Assembly (NCBI GenBank): GCA_963764165.1
Contig: CAVXRD010000002.1
Span: forward strand, 1-64,000
Source: an uncultured Verrucomicrobiae bacterium
Lineage (GTDB): Bacteria; Verrucomicrobiota; Verrucomicrobiia; Limisphaerales; Palsa-1400
Length of the DNA: 64,000 nt
Reading direction: 5' to 3'
The stretch's first letter is position 1. Each line of letters begins with the position of its first letter. The position numbers and the translations under genes are program-made. A model generated the notes under the pieces. That model searched no databases, was not told the DNA's origin, and saw only the letters and a list, made by a program, of their open reading frames with translations. Positions 18,628-29,059 of this stretch are shown piece by piece.

Positions 18628-19473
18628 ATGGCTGAATTTACCGCCGCCGATGTCGGCAAGCTGCGCGAAACAACGGGCGCAGGATTGATGGATTGCAAAA
18701 AGGCGCTCGTGGAAGCCGCTGGCAACTTCGAGGCCGCCGTTGATCTTCTGCGCAAACGCGGCAAAGCCCAGGCCGACAAGAAGGCTTCCCGCGAAACAAA
18801 AGAAGGCGTCATCGCCCAATGCATCCTGCCGGGAGCAAAGACCGGCGTGATGGCTGAAGTGACGTGCGAAACGGACTTCGTGGCGCGCAATGAAACGTTC
18901 CGCGCTTTCTGCGATGACGTCGCAAAGAAACTCGCGACCGGATCGACGATCGAATCGCTCGAAGCCGAACGCGTCGCCGCCGTGGCCCGCATCGGTGAAA
19001 ATATTCAATTGCCCCGCTTCGTGCGTTACGACGTGGAAGGCAACGGCATCGTCGCCGCCTACATCCACACCGGCGCCAAAGTCGGCGTGCTGGTGGAAGT
19101 CGGCGCGGGCAAGGAAGCAACCGCCGCTTCGGAAGACTTCAAGCAATTGGTGCGCGACATCACGCTGCAAATCGCCGCCGGAAATCCGACGGTCATTTCG
19201 CGCGAGCAAGTCCCGGCGGATGTGGTGGCAAAGGAAAAAGAAATCGCCGCGGAGCAAGTCAAAGGCAAGCCGCCGCAAGCCATCGCCAAAATTGTCGAAG
19301 GCAAGCTGGAGAAATTTTATCAAGGCATCTGCCTTGTCGACCAGGGCTTCGTGAAGCGCAACTCGGAAGTTTCCGTCAAGGAGCATCTGGGCAGCGTCGC
19401 CAAGCAATTGGGCGATGAGATCAGCATCCGCCGTTTCTCGCGTTTTCAAGTCGGCGAAAGCGCCGCGGCTTAA
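18628..19473 (+). CDS. tsf: Translation elongation factor Ts
   Basis: LRETTGAGLMDCKKAL, CETDFVARN; follows rpsB. Confidence 0.98.
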   Translation: MAEFTAADVGKLRETTGAGLMDCKKALVEAAGNFEAAVDLLRKRGKAQADKKASRETKEGVIAQCILPGAKTGVMAEVTCETDFVARNETFRAFCDDVAKKLATGSTIESLEAERVAAVARIGENIQLPRFVRYDVEGNGIVAAYIHTGAKVGVLVEVGAGKEATAASEDFKQLVRDITLQIAAGNPTVISREQVPADVVAKEKEIAAEQVKGKPPQAIAKIVEGKLEKFYQGICLVDQGFVKRNSEVSVKEHLGSVAKQLGDEISIRRFSRFQVGESAAA

Positions 19474-19497
19474 AAGCGGCCTCGGCGAACGGGCTTC

Positions 19498-19601
19498 CGA
19501 GGTAGGGACGCCTCGCCGAGGCGTCCGAGGCCGTGGTGTTTTTCGAGCGCGTTCGGACTTGTGATTGTCCCCGGACGCCTCGGCGAGGCGTCCCTACCTC
19601 G
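19498..19601. repeat. REPIN, family A (GTAG-type REP doublet)
   Basis: ggtagggacgcctcgccgaggcgtccg (19501-19527) and its perfect reverse complement (19572-19598); each REP is itself a hairpin. Confidence 0.88.
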
Positions 19602-19660
19602 CTTAAGGCAAGCGAAGACAAAGCTCGGCCCGATTGCGGTTTCAGTTATCGTCCCATTGA

Positions 19661-20416
<756 letters not shown>

Positions 20417-20453
20417 CCCGGCGCCAGACGGAGCCGTTGCAGGAGAAACGATT

Positions 20454-21011
20454 ATGGCTTTAGACGACATACTCCTTGAGGCAGAGGACAAAATGAGCAA
20501 GACCGAACAAGTCGTGCAGCACGAATTCGCCGGCATCCGCACAGGTCGCGCCTCACCGGTCCTGGTGGAAAACATTCCCGTCGAGGTCTACGGCTCGACC
20601 ATGCGCATCCGGGAGCTCGCCAGCATCACGACGCCGGAAGCACGCGTCCTCATGATTCAGCCGTGGGACGCCACCACCGTTCAGCCGATTGAAAAAGCAA
20701 TCATGAAAGCCAACATCGGCATCACGCCGACGGTGCAGGGAAAAATCATCCGACTCGTCCTTCCCGACTTGAGCACGGAACGCCGCCAGGAAATGGTGAA
20801 GATGGCCCGCAAGAAAACCGAAGACGGCCGTGTGGCCGTCCGCCATGTGCGCCGCGACGCCCTCGAAGCCGTCAAGAAGGAAAAGGCTGGCGGCATGGCC
20901 GAGGACGCCGTGGAAGAGGCGGAAAAGGAAATTCAGAAATTGACCGATCAATACATCGGCAAGATCGATGCCCACCTCGCGGTTAAGGAAAAAGAAATTC
21001 TGACGGTTTGA
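20454..21011 (+). CDS. frr: Ribosome recycling factor
   Basis: IRTGRASP, RVAVRHVRRDA, IQKLTD, KEKEIL. Confidence 0.98.
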   Translation: MALDDILLEAEDKMSKTEQVVQHEFAGIRTGRASPVLVENIPVEVYGSTMRIRELASITTPEARVLMIQPWDATTVQPIEKAIMKANIGITPTVQGKIIRLVLPDLSTERRQEMVKMARKKTEDGRVAVRHVRRDALEAVKKEKAGGMAEDAVEEAEKEIQKLTDQYIGKIDAHLAVKEKEILTV

Positions 21012-21160
21012 TTGGCTGTTCGAGGCAGAGGCTTCCGCCGAGTGGCCGAGGCGGCTGGCTGCTGACGGGATGCTTCAGCCCGGCGAGGCGGGGCCGCTGC
21101 CACTGCATTGTCGCGGAATTTCATTGCCCAAAAAGGAAAATTTTGAGACTAATACCTGCC

Positions 21161-23612
21161 ATGAGGAGGATGCTTTTCTTAGTCGCATGGCTGGCCCTTG
21201 CCCATTTGCAATTGGCGCGCGCCACGTCCCAATTGATCGTCAACGGTGCTTTTACCAGCCCCGCTTTCACCCCTTGGCAAGCGACGGAAATCGGGGGAGT
21301 TCCGGGCATCCAGTTTGCGTCCGGATACGTCTCCATGGGAAACTCCGACGGCTCGACCGAAAGGGTGTATCAAACAGTCACTTTCCCAGCCAACATGATT
21401 GGCGCGACGCTGAGCCTTGAGAACTATACGGCGACCACTGATCCCAATGGCGACGATACCCTTGGAGTCTATCTGACGGACACCAGCTTGAATCCAATCA
21501 TGCAGATCGGCCAGACCATAACCAGCGGGAGTGACACCGGAGAATGGTTACTCCGGAACCACCAATTTCATCAATTACGCCGGCGATGGCATTCTCTCGT
21601 CTCTGGCGGGGCAAACGGTAGACCTCGTTTTTTGGGTCCAAACCGATTCCACCTATGGCATCGACACTGCGTTCTACATCACGGATGTCAGCCTTGTCGT
21701 CGGCACCACCACCGATATTCCAAGCAACGATAACTTCGCCAACGCTGCGCTTCTATCTCCCGAGGGTGCTACAAACTCGATCAAGAACACCTACGCTTCG
21801 CGCGAATCCGGGGAGCCGGCGATCACGGGGAATCCGGGTGGGCACTCGCTCTGGTACACTTGGACGCCGACGGCCATTGGCCAGGCGAATATCACCGTCA
21901 CTGACAATAACTTTACCACCATGGTGGCGGTTTACACGGGTTCCTCCCTCGGCACCCTGACCAAGGTGGCCAGTTACGACGGCATTAATAACAGCGAGGG
22001 AGTTTCCACCGTCTCGTTCAATCCTTCCCCCGGCACAAATTACTTCATCACTGTGGACGGGTATGGCGGGCAGTCGGGAACCGCCGAGCTGGTTGTCAAA
22101 TTTGTGAAGGATAAAACGCCACCCACTGTCAGCATCACCTCTCCGTCCAATGGCGCAGATGTATCAGGCAGCATCATCACGATTAAAGGCACCGCCCACG
22201 ACAATGTGCAGGTGGCTTCTGTGTATTATCAACTGAAGAACTCGGAGACGAACACCGCCTGGATTCTGGCCACCAGCGGCATTTCCAATTCCTGGACAAA
22301 TTGGACCGCCACGATCACGAATCTTGTCGCGGGCACCAATACGATCCGCGCCGAGGCTTATGACACCAGCGGCAACCTGTCGTCGATCGGCTCGCATTTA
22401 GTCAATTATATTATCAAGGCGCCCATTTCGATCCTCACCAACGGCTCGGGAAAGGTCACTGGCGCGACCAACACTGAATTGCTCGATGTGACCTATGCCT
22501 ACACTTTGACCGCAAAGGCGAGTTCGGGTTACGTCTTCTCCAACTGGACGACCGCTGGCGGGACGCCGATCACAACTAGTCCAACTCTCAAATTCACGAT
22601 GGCGAGCAATCTGGCTTACGTCGCCAACTTCGTCGTCAATCCTTACGTGATCCCCGGCGGGACTTATAATGGACTCTTCTTCGATGAAACCAATTTGTCG
22701 CCCGAGAGTTCCGGCTTCTTCAGTTCGCAGGTTGCCTCCAATGGGCATTTTACCGCCAAGTTCGTTCAAGGCGCCAAGACTTACTCCGTCTCGGGTGCAT
22801 TCTCGCTGACCGGCGGCTGGGCCACGAATTCGCCCAGATTTTGGGAAGGCACGCCTCTTTCCCTGCAACTGGATCTAACCAGCGGCAGCGCGATTACCGG
22901 CTACGTGGGCGACTCCGCCTTGACTGCATATCGCGAAGTGTATTCGAAAAAGAACCCCGCGCCGGAAACTGGCAAATATACGATTGTCGTTCCCCCCCCC
23001 GATATCACCATCGTCGCCACGAATCCGCCTGGGGGCAATGCTTTCGGAACAGTCACGGTGAGTTCCCTCGGCGTTGCCACATTCGCGGGAACACTGGGCG
23101 ACGGGACCAAGGTCACGGAGTCGGCAACGCTGTCAAGCGACGGACTTTGGCCGCTTTACATTCCGACCAGCGGCGGCAAGGGGATGTTGCTCGGAATGCT
23201 TTCCTTTACGAACGAAACCGACCGCGACATTGATGGGTTTTTGGAATGGTTCAAGCCGGAGCAGGTCTCGGCCGCCACTTATCCAGCCGGATTCACCAAT
23301 GAGATGCGGGCGATGGGCTCGATTTATTCCTACACAAAGGGCACGCCCATCCTGGATTTCACGGACGGCCTCCTGACCGTTGACGGTGAAGCCACCAATT
23401 CTTTCACGCTCTCGCCGAAAAGCATCGCCACTGGAGCGGACAAATTGCACCTGACGTTTTCGACTTCCAGCGGGCTTTTCCAAGGCACAACCACCAACAC
23501 CGAGCGCAAAACCATCAGTTTCGCCGGTGCGATCTTGCAGAAGCAGGAATACGGTTACGGACAAGTCGTTACGGGAAAAACGACAGAAGCCGTTCGCGTA
23601 TCGCCACAGTAA
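21161..23612 (+). pseudogene. Secreted Ig-like/beta-rich protein split by one frameshift near 21548
   Basis: The signal-peptide frame (MRRMLFLVAWLALA...SDTGEW) continues in the +1 frame as YSGTTNF... across gaa tgg t tac. The downstream part has SNDNFANA, GHSLWYTW, Ig-like TPPTVSITSP and a C-terminal region shared with 46943-49255. Confidence 0.75.
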
Positions 23613-23748
23613 AGCTTCCCTCAGCGCCAGCAACTGGTGGAGTGCGCGGGAGCATGTGGCAGGGATCGGATGGCGGACAAAGTATTAACGCGAGGGCTAG
23701 GCGTCCCTCCAAACGGCCCGAATTTCCCCTCAAACAGGCCTCATGGAT

Positions 23749-24159
23749 TCATGCAGCCGGATCGAACCGCTTAATGTCTTTGAACTTATCGAAGTCGCGG
23801 TCGAAGGATGCCACCTGGCAGCCACCGTGCGCTGCGCGGGCTGCCAGCCATGCGTCAGGAAAATCCACGTGCATCCCGCCAAACCGCTGCAAGGCATCCA
23901 TGACGATTTCCCGCTCTGCCGTCTCCACCCCGATATTTTGAATAATGGCCAGCAAGGCGCCAACGACGCCACTTCGCTGCCGGTTATACAACCCAGTCAA
24001 AACATAGACCGCCTCAGCCACGGCCAAGCCGTCCAGATGCAGAAGGACTTCGCGACGCTCCGCTCTCTCAAACAGCTCCGTCGCCGCCGCGCTCTGTTTC
24101 GGATGATCCTGAACCAGAAACCGCGCCAGCACATTGGCGTCCAGCAAATATTCTTTCAT
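23749..24159 (-). CDS. vapC: PIN-domain toxin (VapC family)
   Basis: LLDANVL, E in AVAEAV, DFPDA, SFDRDF acidic PIN motifs; ATGA overlap with the antitoxin. Confidence 0.9.
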   Translation of the reverse strand: MKEYLLDANVLARFLVQDHPKQSAAATELFERAERREVLLHLDGLAVAEAVYVLTGLYNRQRSGVVGALLAIIQNIGVETAEREIVMDALQRFGGMHVDFPDAWLAARAAHGGCQVASFDRDFDKFKDIKRFDPAA

Positions 24160-24422
24160 GGCTCCTGCTTGGAGATGCGATCATGCCGGGACATGGCGGC
24201 CTCGGCAAAAGCTCCGGGCGATCCCTTCCCTTTGGGTGAGGCGGCGCTCGATTTCAGACAGCCAGACAATTCACTGATGGATGGAATGCGGCGTCCAACG
24301 AGCTTGTCGTCTTCCACCTCCCAGGCTATTCGCTGGCCGACTTTGAGCGCTACTTCCTTGCGCACGTCTTCCGGTATGGTGATCTGCCACTTGGAGGTTA
24401 TTGTTGAAATTGCATTTCCCAT
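24156..24422 (-). CDS. AbrB/MazE/SpoVT-family antitoxin
   Basis: TITSKWQITIPEDVRKEVALKVGQRIAW matches the TSKGQITIP swapped-hairpin signature; lies upstream of the PIN gene. Confidence 0.88.
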   Translation of the reverse strand: MGNAISTITSKWQITIPEDVRKEVALKVGQRIAWEVEDDKLVGRRIPSISELSGCLKSSAASPKGKGSPGAFAEAAMSRHDRISKQEP

Positions 24423-24434
24423 GCTGCGCAGCAT
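24421..24434. promoter_or_regulatory. Probable TA operator overlapping the -10 box and start codon
   Basis: Perfect 14-bp palindrome ATGCTGCGCAGCAT; on the minus strand the sequence reads TG-G-TATGCT-7 nt-ATG. Confidence 0.55.
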
Positions 24435-24621
24435 ACCATAGACGCTCGTCCTTACGCAAGCGCCATCCCCTTTCCAGGACGGGAGGTGTAGGACGAATTG
24501 TGGTGGTTTTCGGAGATTTGTCTGCTTTCAATGAAACGAAGCATTCGGTCTGCCCCCTGAGATATCGGGCCGATTGCGGCTCGCCTGCCGATGCTCCTTC
24601 GTATAAACTCGGTGGCAGGGA

Positions 24622-27600
24622 ATGGATAAGTTGATCATGTCTCCAGCGCCCGGCGAACGGCTTTTGCGGTTCGTCGGTGATCGCGTCCGGTTCAGTTTGC
24701 GGCTGCCGCCTGGGTCTCCGGCTGGCGCCCGCGCGCTTCTGCGCACCAATTTGGGCAAGGCCGCCCGGCTGCGCCAGGAAATCATCTCCACTCACGCGGG
24801 CAAAAACCCGCTCTCCGTCGCGTTCTGGCGGGACGTTCCGATGCGCGAGGAAAATTCGGGCGAATGGGCGGTCGAATTGCCGCTGACCGACACCGGATTT
24901 TATCGCGCCAAGGCCTATATGGTGGACGCCGATGGCCGCCAGTATTGGCCGCAAGGCGAGGACGCAGGCGTCTCGGTTCATCCCAACGGTTACCGCACTG
25001 CCAATACGATTTATTGCGCCTTTCCACGTATGTTTGGCCCGTCGAAATCAGCGGCTGTCACCATCAATGCGGAAGAGGAAAAACAATTCAATAAATTGGA
25101 TGACCGCGGTTACGTCCTCATTCCCCCATCCGGCAAATTGCGGGATTTGACCCGCGAACTGCCGCATATTATTGACACGCTCGGCTGCCGCATTCTGCAC
25201 CTGCTGCCCGTTGGGCCGACGCCGACGACCTTTGCCCGTTTCGGACGTTTCGGAAGCCCTTATGCCTGCCAGGATTTGACCGGAATCGATCCGGCGCTGG
25301 TTGAATTTGACAAGAAGATCAACGGCGTCGGCCAATTTCGCGAACTGACAAACGAAGCGCATCGCCGGGGCGCGCGAGTCATTATTGACATGGTGATCAA
25401 CCACACCGGCTGGGGCTCGGAACTATTCGAGAATCACCCGGAATGGTTTCTGCGCTCGCAGGATGGATCGTTCGAAAGCCCCGGCGCATGGGGAACAGTC
25501 TGGGGCGACCTCGTCGAATTGAATCCGAACTCGATTGAGCTTTGGGAGGTTTTGGCCGAGGCGTTCCTCACCTGGTGCCGCCGCGGCGTGGACGGATTTC
25601 GCTGCGACGCCGGTTACAAGGTTCCCCTGCCCGTCTGGCAATACATTGAGGCGCGCGTGCGGCAGGAATTTCCCGACTCGCTCTTTTTGCTCGAGGGGCT
25701 GGGCGGCCCCTGGGAGGCGACGGAAGCATTATTGACAGAGGGCGGCATGCAATGGGCCTATTCCGAGCTCTTCCAAAATTACGCCGGGGCCGATGTGGCG
25801 CGTTATCTCGATTACAGCTTGCGCCAAAGCGACCGCCTCGGCGTCTACGTTCACTACAGCGAGACGCACGACAACAACCGCCTCGCCACCACCGGGCGCG
25901 ATTGGTCGCTCCTGCGAAACCGGCTGTGCGCGCTGGCGAGCGTTTGCGGCGGGTTTGGTTTTACTTGCGGCGTCGAGTGGCTGGCCCCCGAGAGGGTCAA
26001 CGTCCACTCCAGCCGCGGACTGGCTTGGGGCGCGAGCGAGAATATCGTGCCGGAACTGGCGCGATTGAATAAATTGTTGACTGAACACCCATGCTTCTTC
26101 GACGGGGCCATTGTCACGCGCTTCAGCCCGGCGATTTCGGACGTTTGCGTGCTGAGCCGTGTTTCAGCGGAAGGCCTGGACTCCGTTCTCGTGCTGGTCA
26201 ATACAGATGTCAGGAGACGGCATTCTGTCATTATCGACCTGGCCGATTACAAGAAGCTGGGCAGCCCCGGCATCGACCTTCTTGGACAGACGCCGCCGTC
26301 CGGCGAAATCAAGGGGCCGCGCGTCACGTTTTCGGTCGAGGCGGGGGCGGCCTATTGCCTCTCCGCAATCTCGAAGCCCGCCGGATTGGCTGGCGCGGAA
26401 TATCGGCGCGCGCGGGCGCAATCGGCGTGGGCCATCGCGGCGATGAGCAAGGTGCTCCTGCCCGAACAAATCGGCACCTGCCCGTGGCGGGAGCTGGCCA
26501 GCCGCATTCATCTTGACGCGCACGGATTTCTGACTTCGGTCGGACACTTGGAAGCCCGCGCCGCGCATGACAATCTGCTGACGGCGCTTGATGCGTTGAA
26601 GGATCGTTTTCCAAAAGTCACGACGTGGACGACACTGGATCGCCGGCGCATTACTCCCATTCCTCCCGGGCACTGGCTGTTCCTGCGCGATGAGAAGCCA
26701 TTCCGCGCCCGGCTTCTCTGCGGCGCCGATAAAGCCCTGGAAATTGTGGAGTCGATTGAGGTGCAAGGCGGCTACGTCGCCTGCTTCGCGCCGAAGAACC
26801 CGGAAACCTCGTTCGAGGCGGAACTGGAATTCAAGAGCTTTGCGGCCACCACCGAGATTTCCAAGGCCTCCGTTCGTTTCCTCCGAAGCCGCCCTTCATT
26901 TGACAGCCACGTCGCCAAACCGCCGCCGAGTTCATTGGTATTGTTGACAAACGGGCGCGGCGGCATGGCCCGCTTGTGCGTCGACCTCGGGAACATCCGC
27001 TCGAAATACGACTGCGCGCTCGGCGCCAATCTCCACCCGGAATTTCCGGTGGACCGGCATGTGTTCGCCAAACGCATTCGGGCCTGGATTTCCGCGGATG
27101 GCTTTGTCACGGCGTTGAATCTCCAAAATCTCGCGTCGTTCGACATCGGCCCGCCCGCGCGATGGAATTTTGTGGCTGAAGCCGGAGACGGGCGGACGGT
27201 TCATATCGAGATGAAGGCGGACATGCCCGAAGGCTCCAATACCACCGTATTCCAATTCTCCCGCAAGCCCGGCGCGGGCGCCTGCGATTTGCCCGAGAAA
27301 TTTGATGCCCGCATCATCGTTCGCGTCGATATTGAAGACCGGAGCTTTCATGCCGAAACGCACCGGAACGGCGGGGCGGAGTATCATTTTTCCGCGAACA
27401 GCCATGCGCTTGACAGCGGAATTGGCTTCGCTTTCACGCCTGCGGGCGACCGGCAATTTCGCGCCATCGCCAGCGCGGGCAAGTATTACCCCGAGGTGGA
27501 ATGGAGCAATGGCGTTCCCCACCCTGTCGAGCAAAGCCGCGGGCAAGTGGACCGCGGGGACGCCTTCAGCCCGGGCTGGTTCGAGTTCCCGATGAAAAAG

Positions 27601-28911
27601 GAACAGCCCGTCTGGCTGCTGCTTTCGGCGGAACAGCCGCCGCCATATCTCGACGCGTTGAAATTCTCGTCCGCTCCGCCTGTTGAGGCCGACTCGTTTG
27701 GACAACGCCTCGCTTTGGCTGCTCGCGCCTTTGTCGCGAAGCGCGAAAGCGGGCGCACGATTATTGCGGGCTACCCGTGGTTTCTGGATTGGGGCCGCGA
27801 CACATTTATTTCCGCCCGCGGGCTGCTGCCGATTGGACTGGCCGCCGAGGTGTCGGAGTTGCTGGTGACATTTGGCCGATTCTCCGAAAACGGCACCATG
27901 CCGAATATCATTCACGGCGCGAACGCATCGAACCGGGACACCTCCGACGCGCCGCTTTGGTACGGCGTCTTGTGCGAGGAAACCGCCGAGCGCCTTGGCG
28001 GCACGCTTTATCACACGCCTGTCAACGCGGCGGGAAAAACCATCGCGGATGTCCTGGCGGAAATCGCCACCGGCTACGCTCGCGGCACGCCCAACGGCAT
28101 CCGCATGGATCCCGAGTCGGGCCTGATCTGGAGCCCGGCGCATTTCACGTGGATGGACACCAATTATCCGGCCTGCTCGCCGCGCGAAGGCTATCCGGTC
28201 GAAATTCAGGCGCTGTGGATTCGCCTGCTGCGCCACTTGGAACGCATTCAAGCGAAACCGCTGAACGAATCCTGGGAATCGATGGCGCGGCGGGCGGAAG
28301 AGTCGCTCCGCAAGTATTATTGGCTTGAGGAAGAGGGTTTCGTCTCAGACTTGCTCATCGCCGCCCCCGGAGTTTCCGCCGTCAACGCAGTTCGCGACCA
28401 CGCGTTGCGCTGCAATTTCCTGTTCGCAATCGCCTTCGGATATTTCACAGGCGCCAAAGCGCAACGCGCCGTTGCCGCCGCCTTTCAACATTTGTTCGTG
28501 CCCGGCGCGTTGAGAACTTTGGCGCCGCTGCCGACATTTCCGCCGCTGGTCGTCAAAGCGCCGGATGGCCGCCCATTGAACAATCCAAACGAACCTTACT
28601 TCGGCCATTATCAGGGCGACGAGGATACGGAGCGAAAGCCCGCTTATCACAACGGCACCGCGTGGCCGTGGGTTCTGCCGACTGCGTGCGAGGCGCTCGT
28701 CAAAGCATGGGAAGGTTCGCCCGCCGCCCTTGCCACCGCCACGGCCTGTCTCGGCAGCATGGAATCGCTATTGTTGACATCCTGCCTCGGCCAGCTCCCC
28801 GAAATTCTCGACGGCGACGCGCCCCATGAACCTCGCGGCTGCGATGCGCAAGCGTGGAGCGTGTTGGAAGCGCTGCGCGTGTGGAAGCAGTTTACGTCCG
28901 AAACCAGGTAG
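24622..28911 (+). CDS. Glycogen debranching enzyme: GH13-like alpha-amylase domain plus amylo-alpha-1,6-glucosidase domain
   Basis: GH13 regions DMVINHT, GFRCDAG, LLEGLG, ETHDN; C-terminal AGYPWFLDWGRDT, TWMDT, YHNGTAWPW, GCDAQAWS. Confidence 0.9.
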   Translation: MDKLIMSPAPGERLLRFVGDRVRFSLRLPPGSPAGARALLRTNLGKAARLRQEIISTHAGKNPLSVAFWRDVPMREENSGEWAVELPLTDTGFYRAKAYMVDADGRQYWPQGEDAGVSVHPNGYRTANTIYCAFPRMFGPSKSAAVTINAEEEKQFNKLDDRGYVLIPPSGKLRDLTRELPHIIDTLGCRILHLLPVGPTPTTFARFGRFGSPYACQDLTGIDPALVEFDKKINGVGQFRELTNEAHRRGARVIIDMVINHTGWGSELFENHPEWFLRSQDGSFESPGAWGTVWGDLVELNPNSIELWEVLAEAFLTWCRRGVDGFRCDAGYKVPLPVWQYIEARVRQEFPDSLFLLEGLGGPWEATEALLTEGGMQWAYSELFQNYAGADVARYLDYSLRQSDRLGVYVHYSETHDNNRLATTGRDWSLLRNRLCALASVCGGFGFTCGVEWLAPERVNVHSSRGLAWGASENIVPELARLNKLLTEHPCFFDGAIVTRFSPAISDVCVLSRVSAEGLDSVLVLVNTDVRRRHSVIIDLADYKKLGSPGIDLLGQTPPSGEIKGPRVTFSVEAGAAYCLSAISKPAGLAGAEYRRARAQSAWAIAAMSKVLLPEQIGTCPWRELASRIHLDAHGFLTSVGHLEARAAHDNLLTALDALKDRFPKVTTWTTLDRRRITPIPPGHWLFLRDEKPFRARLLCGADKALEIVESIEVQGGYVACFAPKNPETSFEAELEFKSFAATTEISKASVRFLRSRPSFDSHVAKPPPSSLVLLTNGRGGMARLCVDLGNIRSKYDCALGANLHPEFPVDRHVFAKRIRAWISADGFVTALNLQNLASFDIGPPARWNFVAEAGDGRTVHIEMKADMPEGSNTTVFQFSRKPGAGACDLPEKFDARIIVRVDIEDRSFHAETHRNGGAEYHFSANSHALDSGIGFAFTPAGDRQFRAIASAGKYYPEVEWSNGVPHPVEQSRGQVDRGDAFSPGWFEFPMKKEQPVWLLLSAEQPPPYLDALKFSSAPPVEADSFGQRLALAARAFVAKRESGRTIIAGYPWFLDWGRDTFISARGLLPIGLAAEVSELLVTFGRFSENGTMPNIIHGANASNRDTSDAPLWYGVLCEETAERLGGTLYHTPVNAAGKTIADVLAEIATGYARGTPNGIRMDPESGLIWSPAHFTWMDTNYPACSPREGYPVEIQALWIRLLRHLERIQAKPLNESWESMARRAEESLRKYYWLEEEGFVSDLLIAAPGVSAVNAVRDHALRCNFLFAIAFGYFTGAKAQRAVAAAFQHLFVPGALRTLAPLPTFPPLVVKAPDGRPLNNPNEPYFGHYQGDEDTERKPAYHNGTAWPWVLPTACEALVKAWEGSPAALATATACLGSMESLLLTSCLGQLPEILDGDAPHEPRGCDAQAWSVLEALRVWKQFTSETR

Positions 28912-29059
28912 GGACGCCTCGCCGAGGCGTCCGAGGTCGTGAGAGTTTTCGAGTGCGCGCTTCTTGTCAAAGATATCCGCGTGGAAAATCTTTGTGCTTG
29001 CCAGATCTCTGAGCAAATTTACACGCCCGCAAATCGCCACGCCCCCGGACGCCTCGGCG

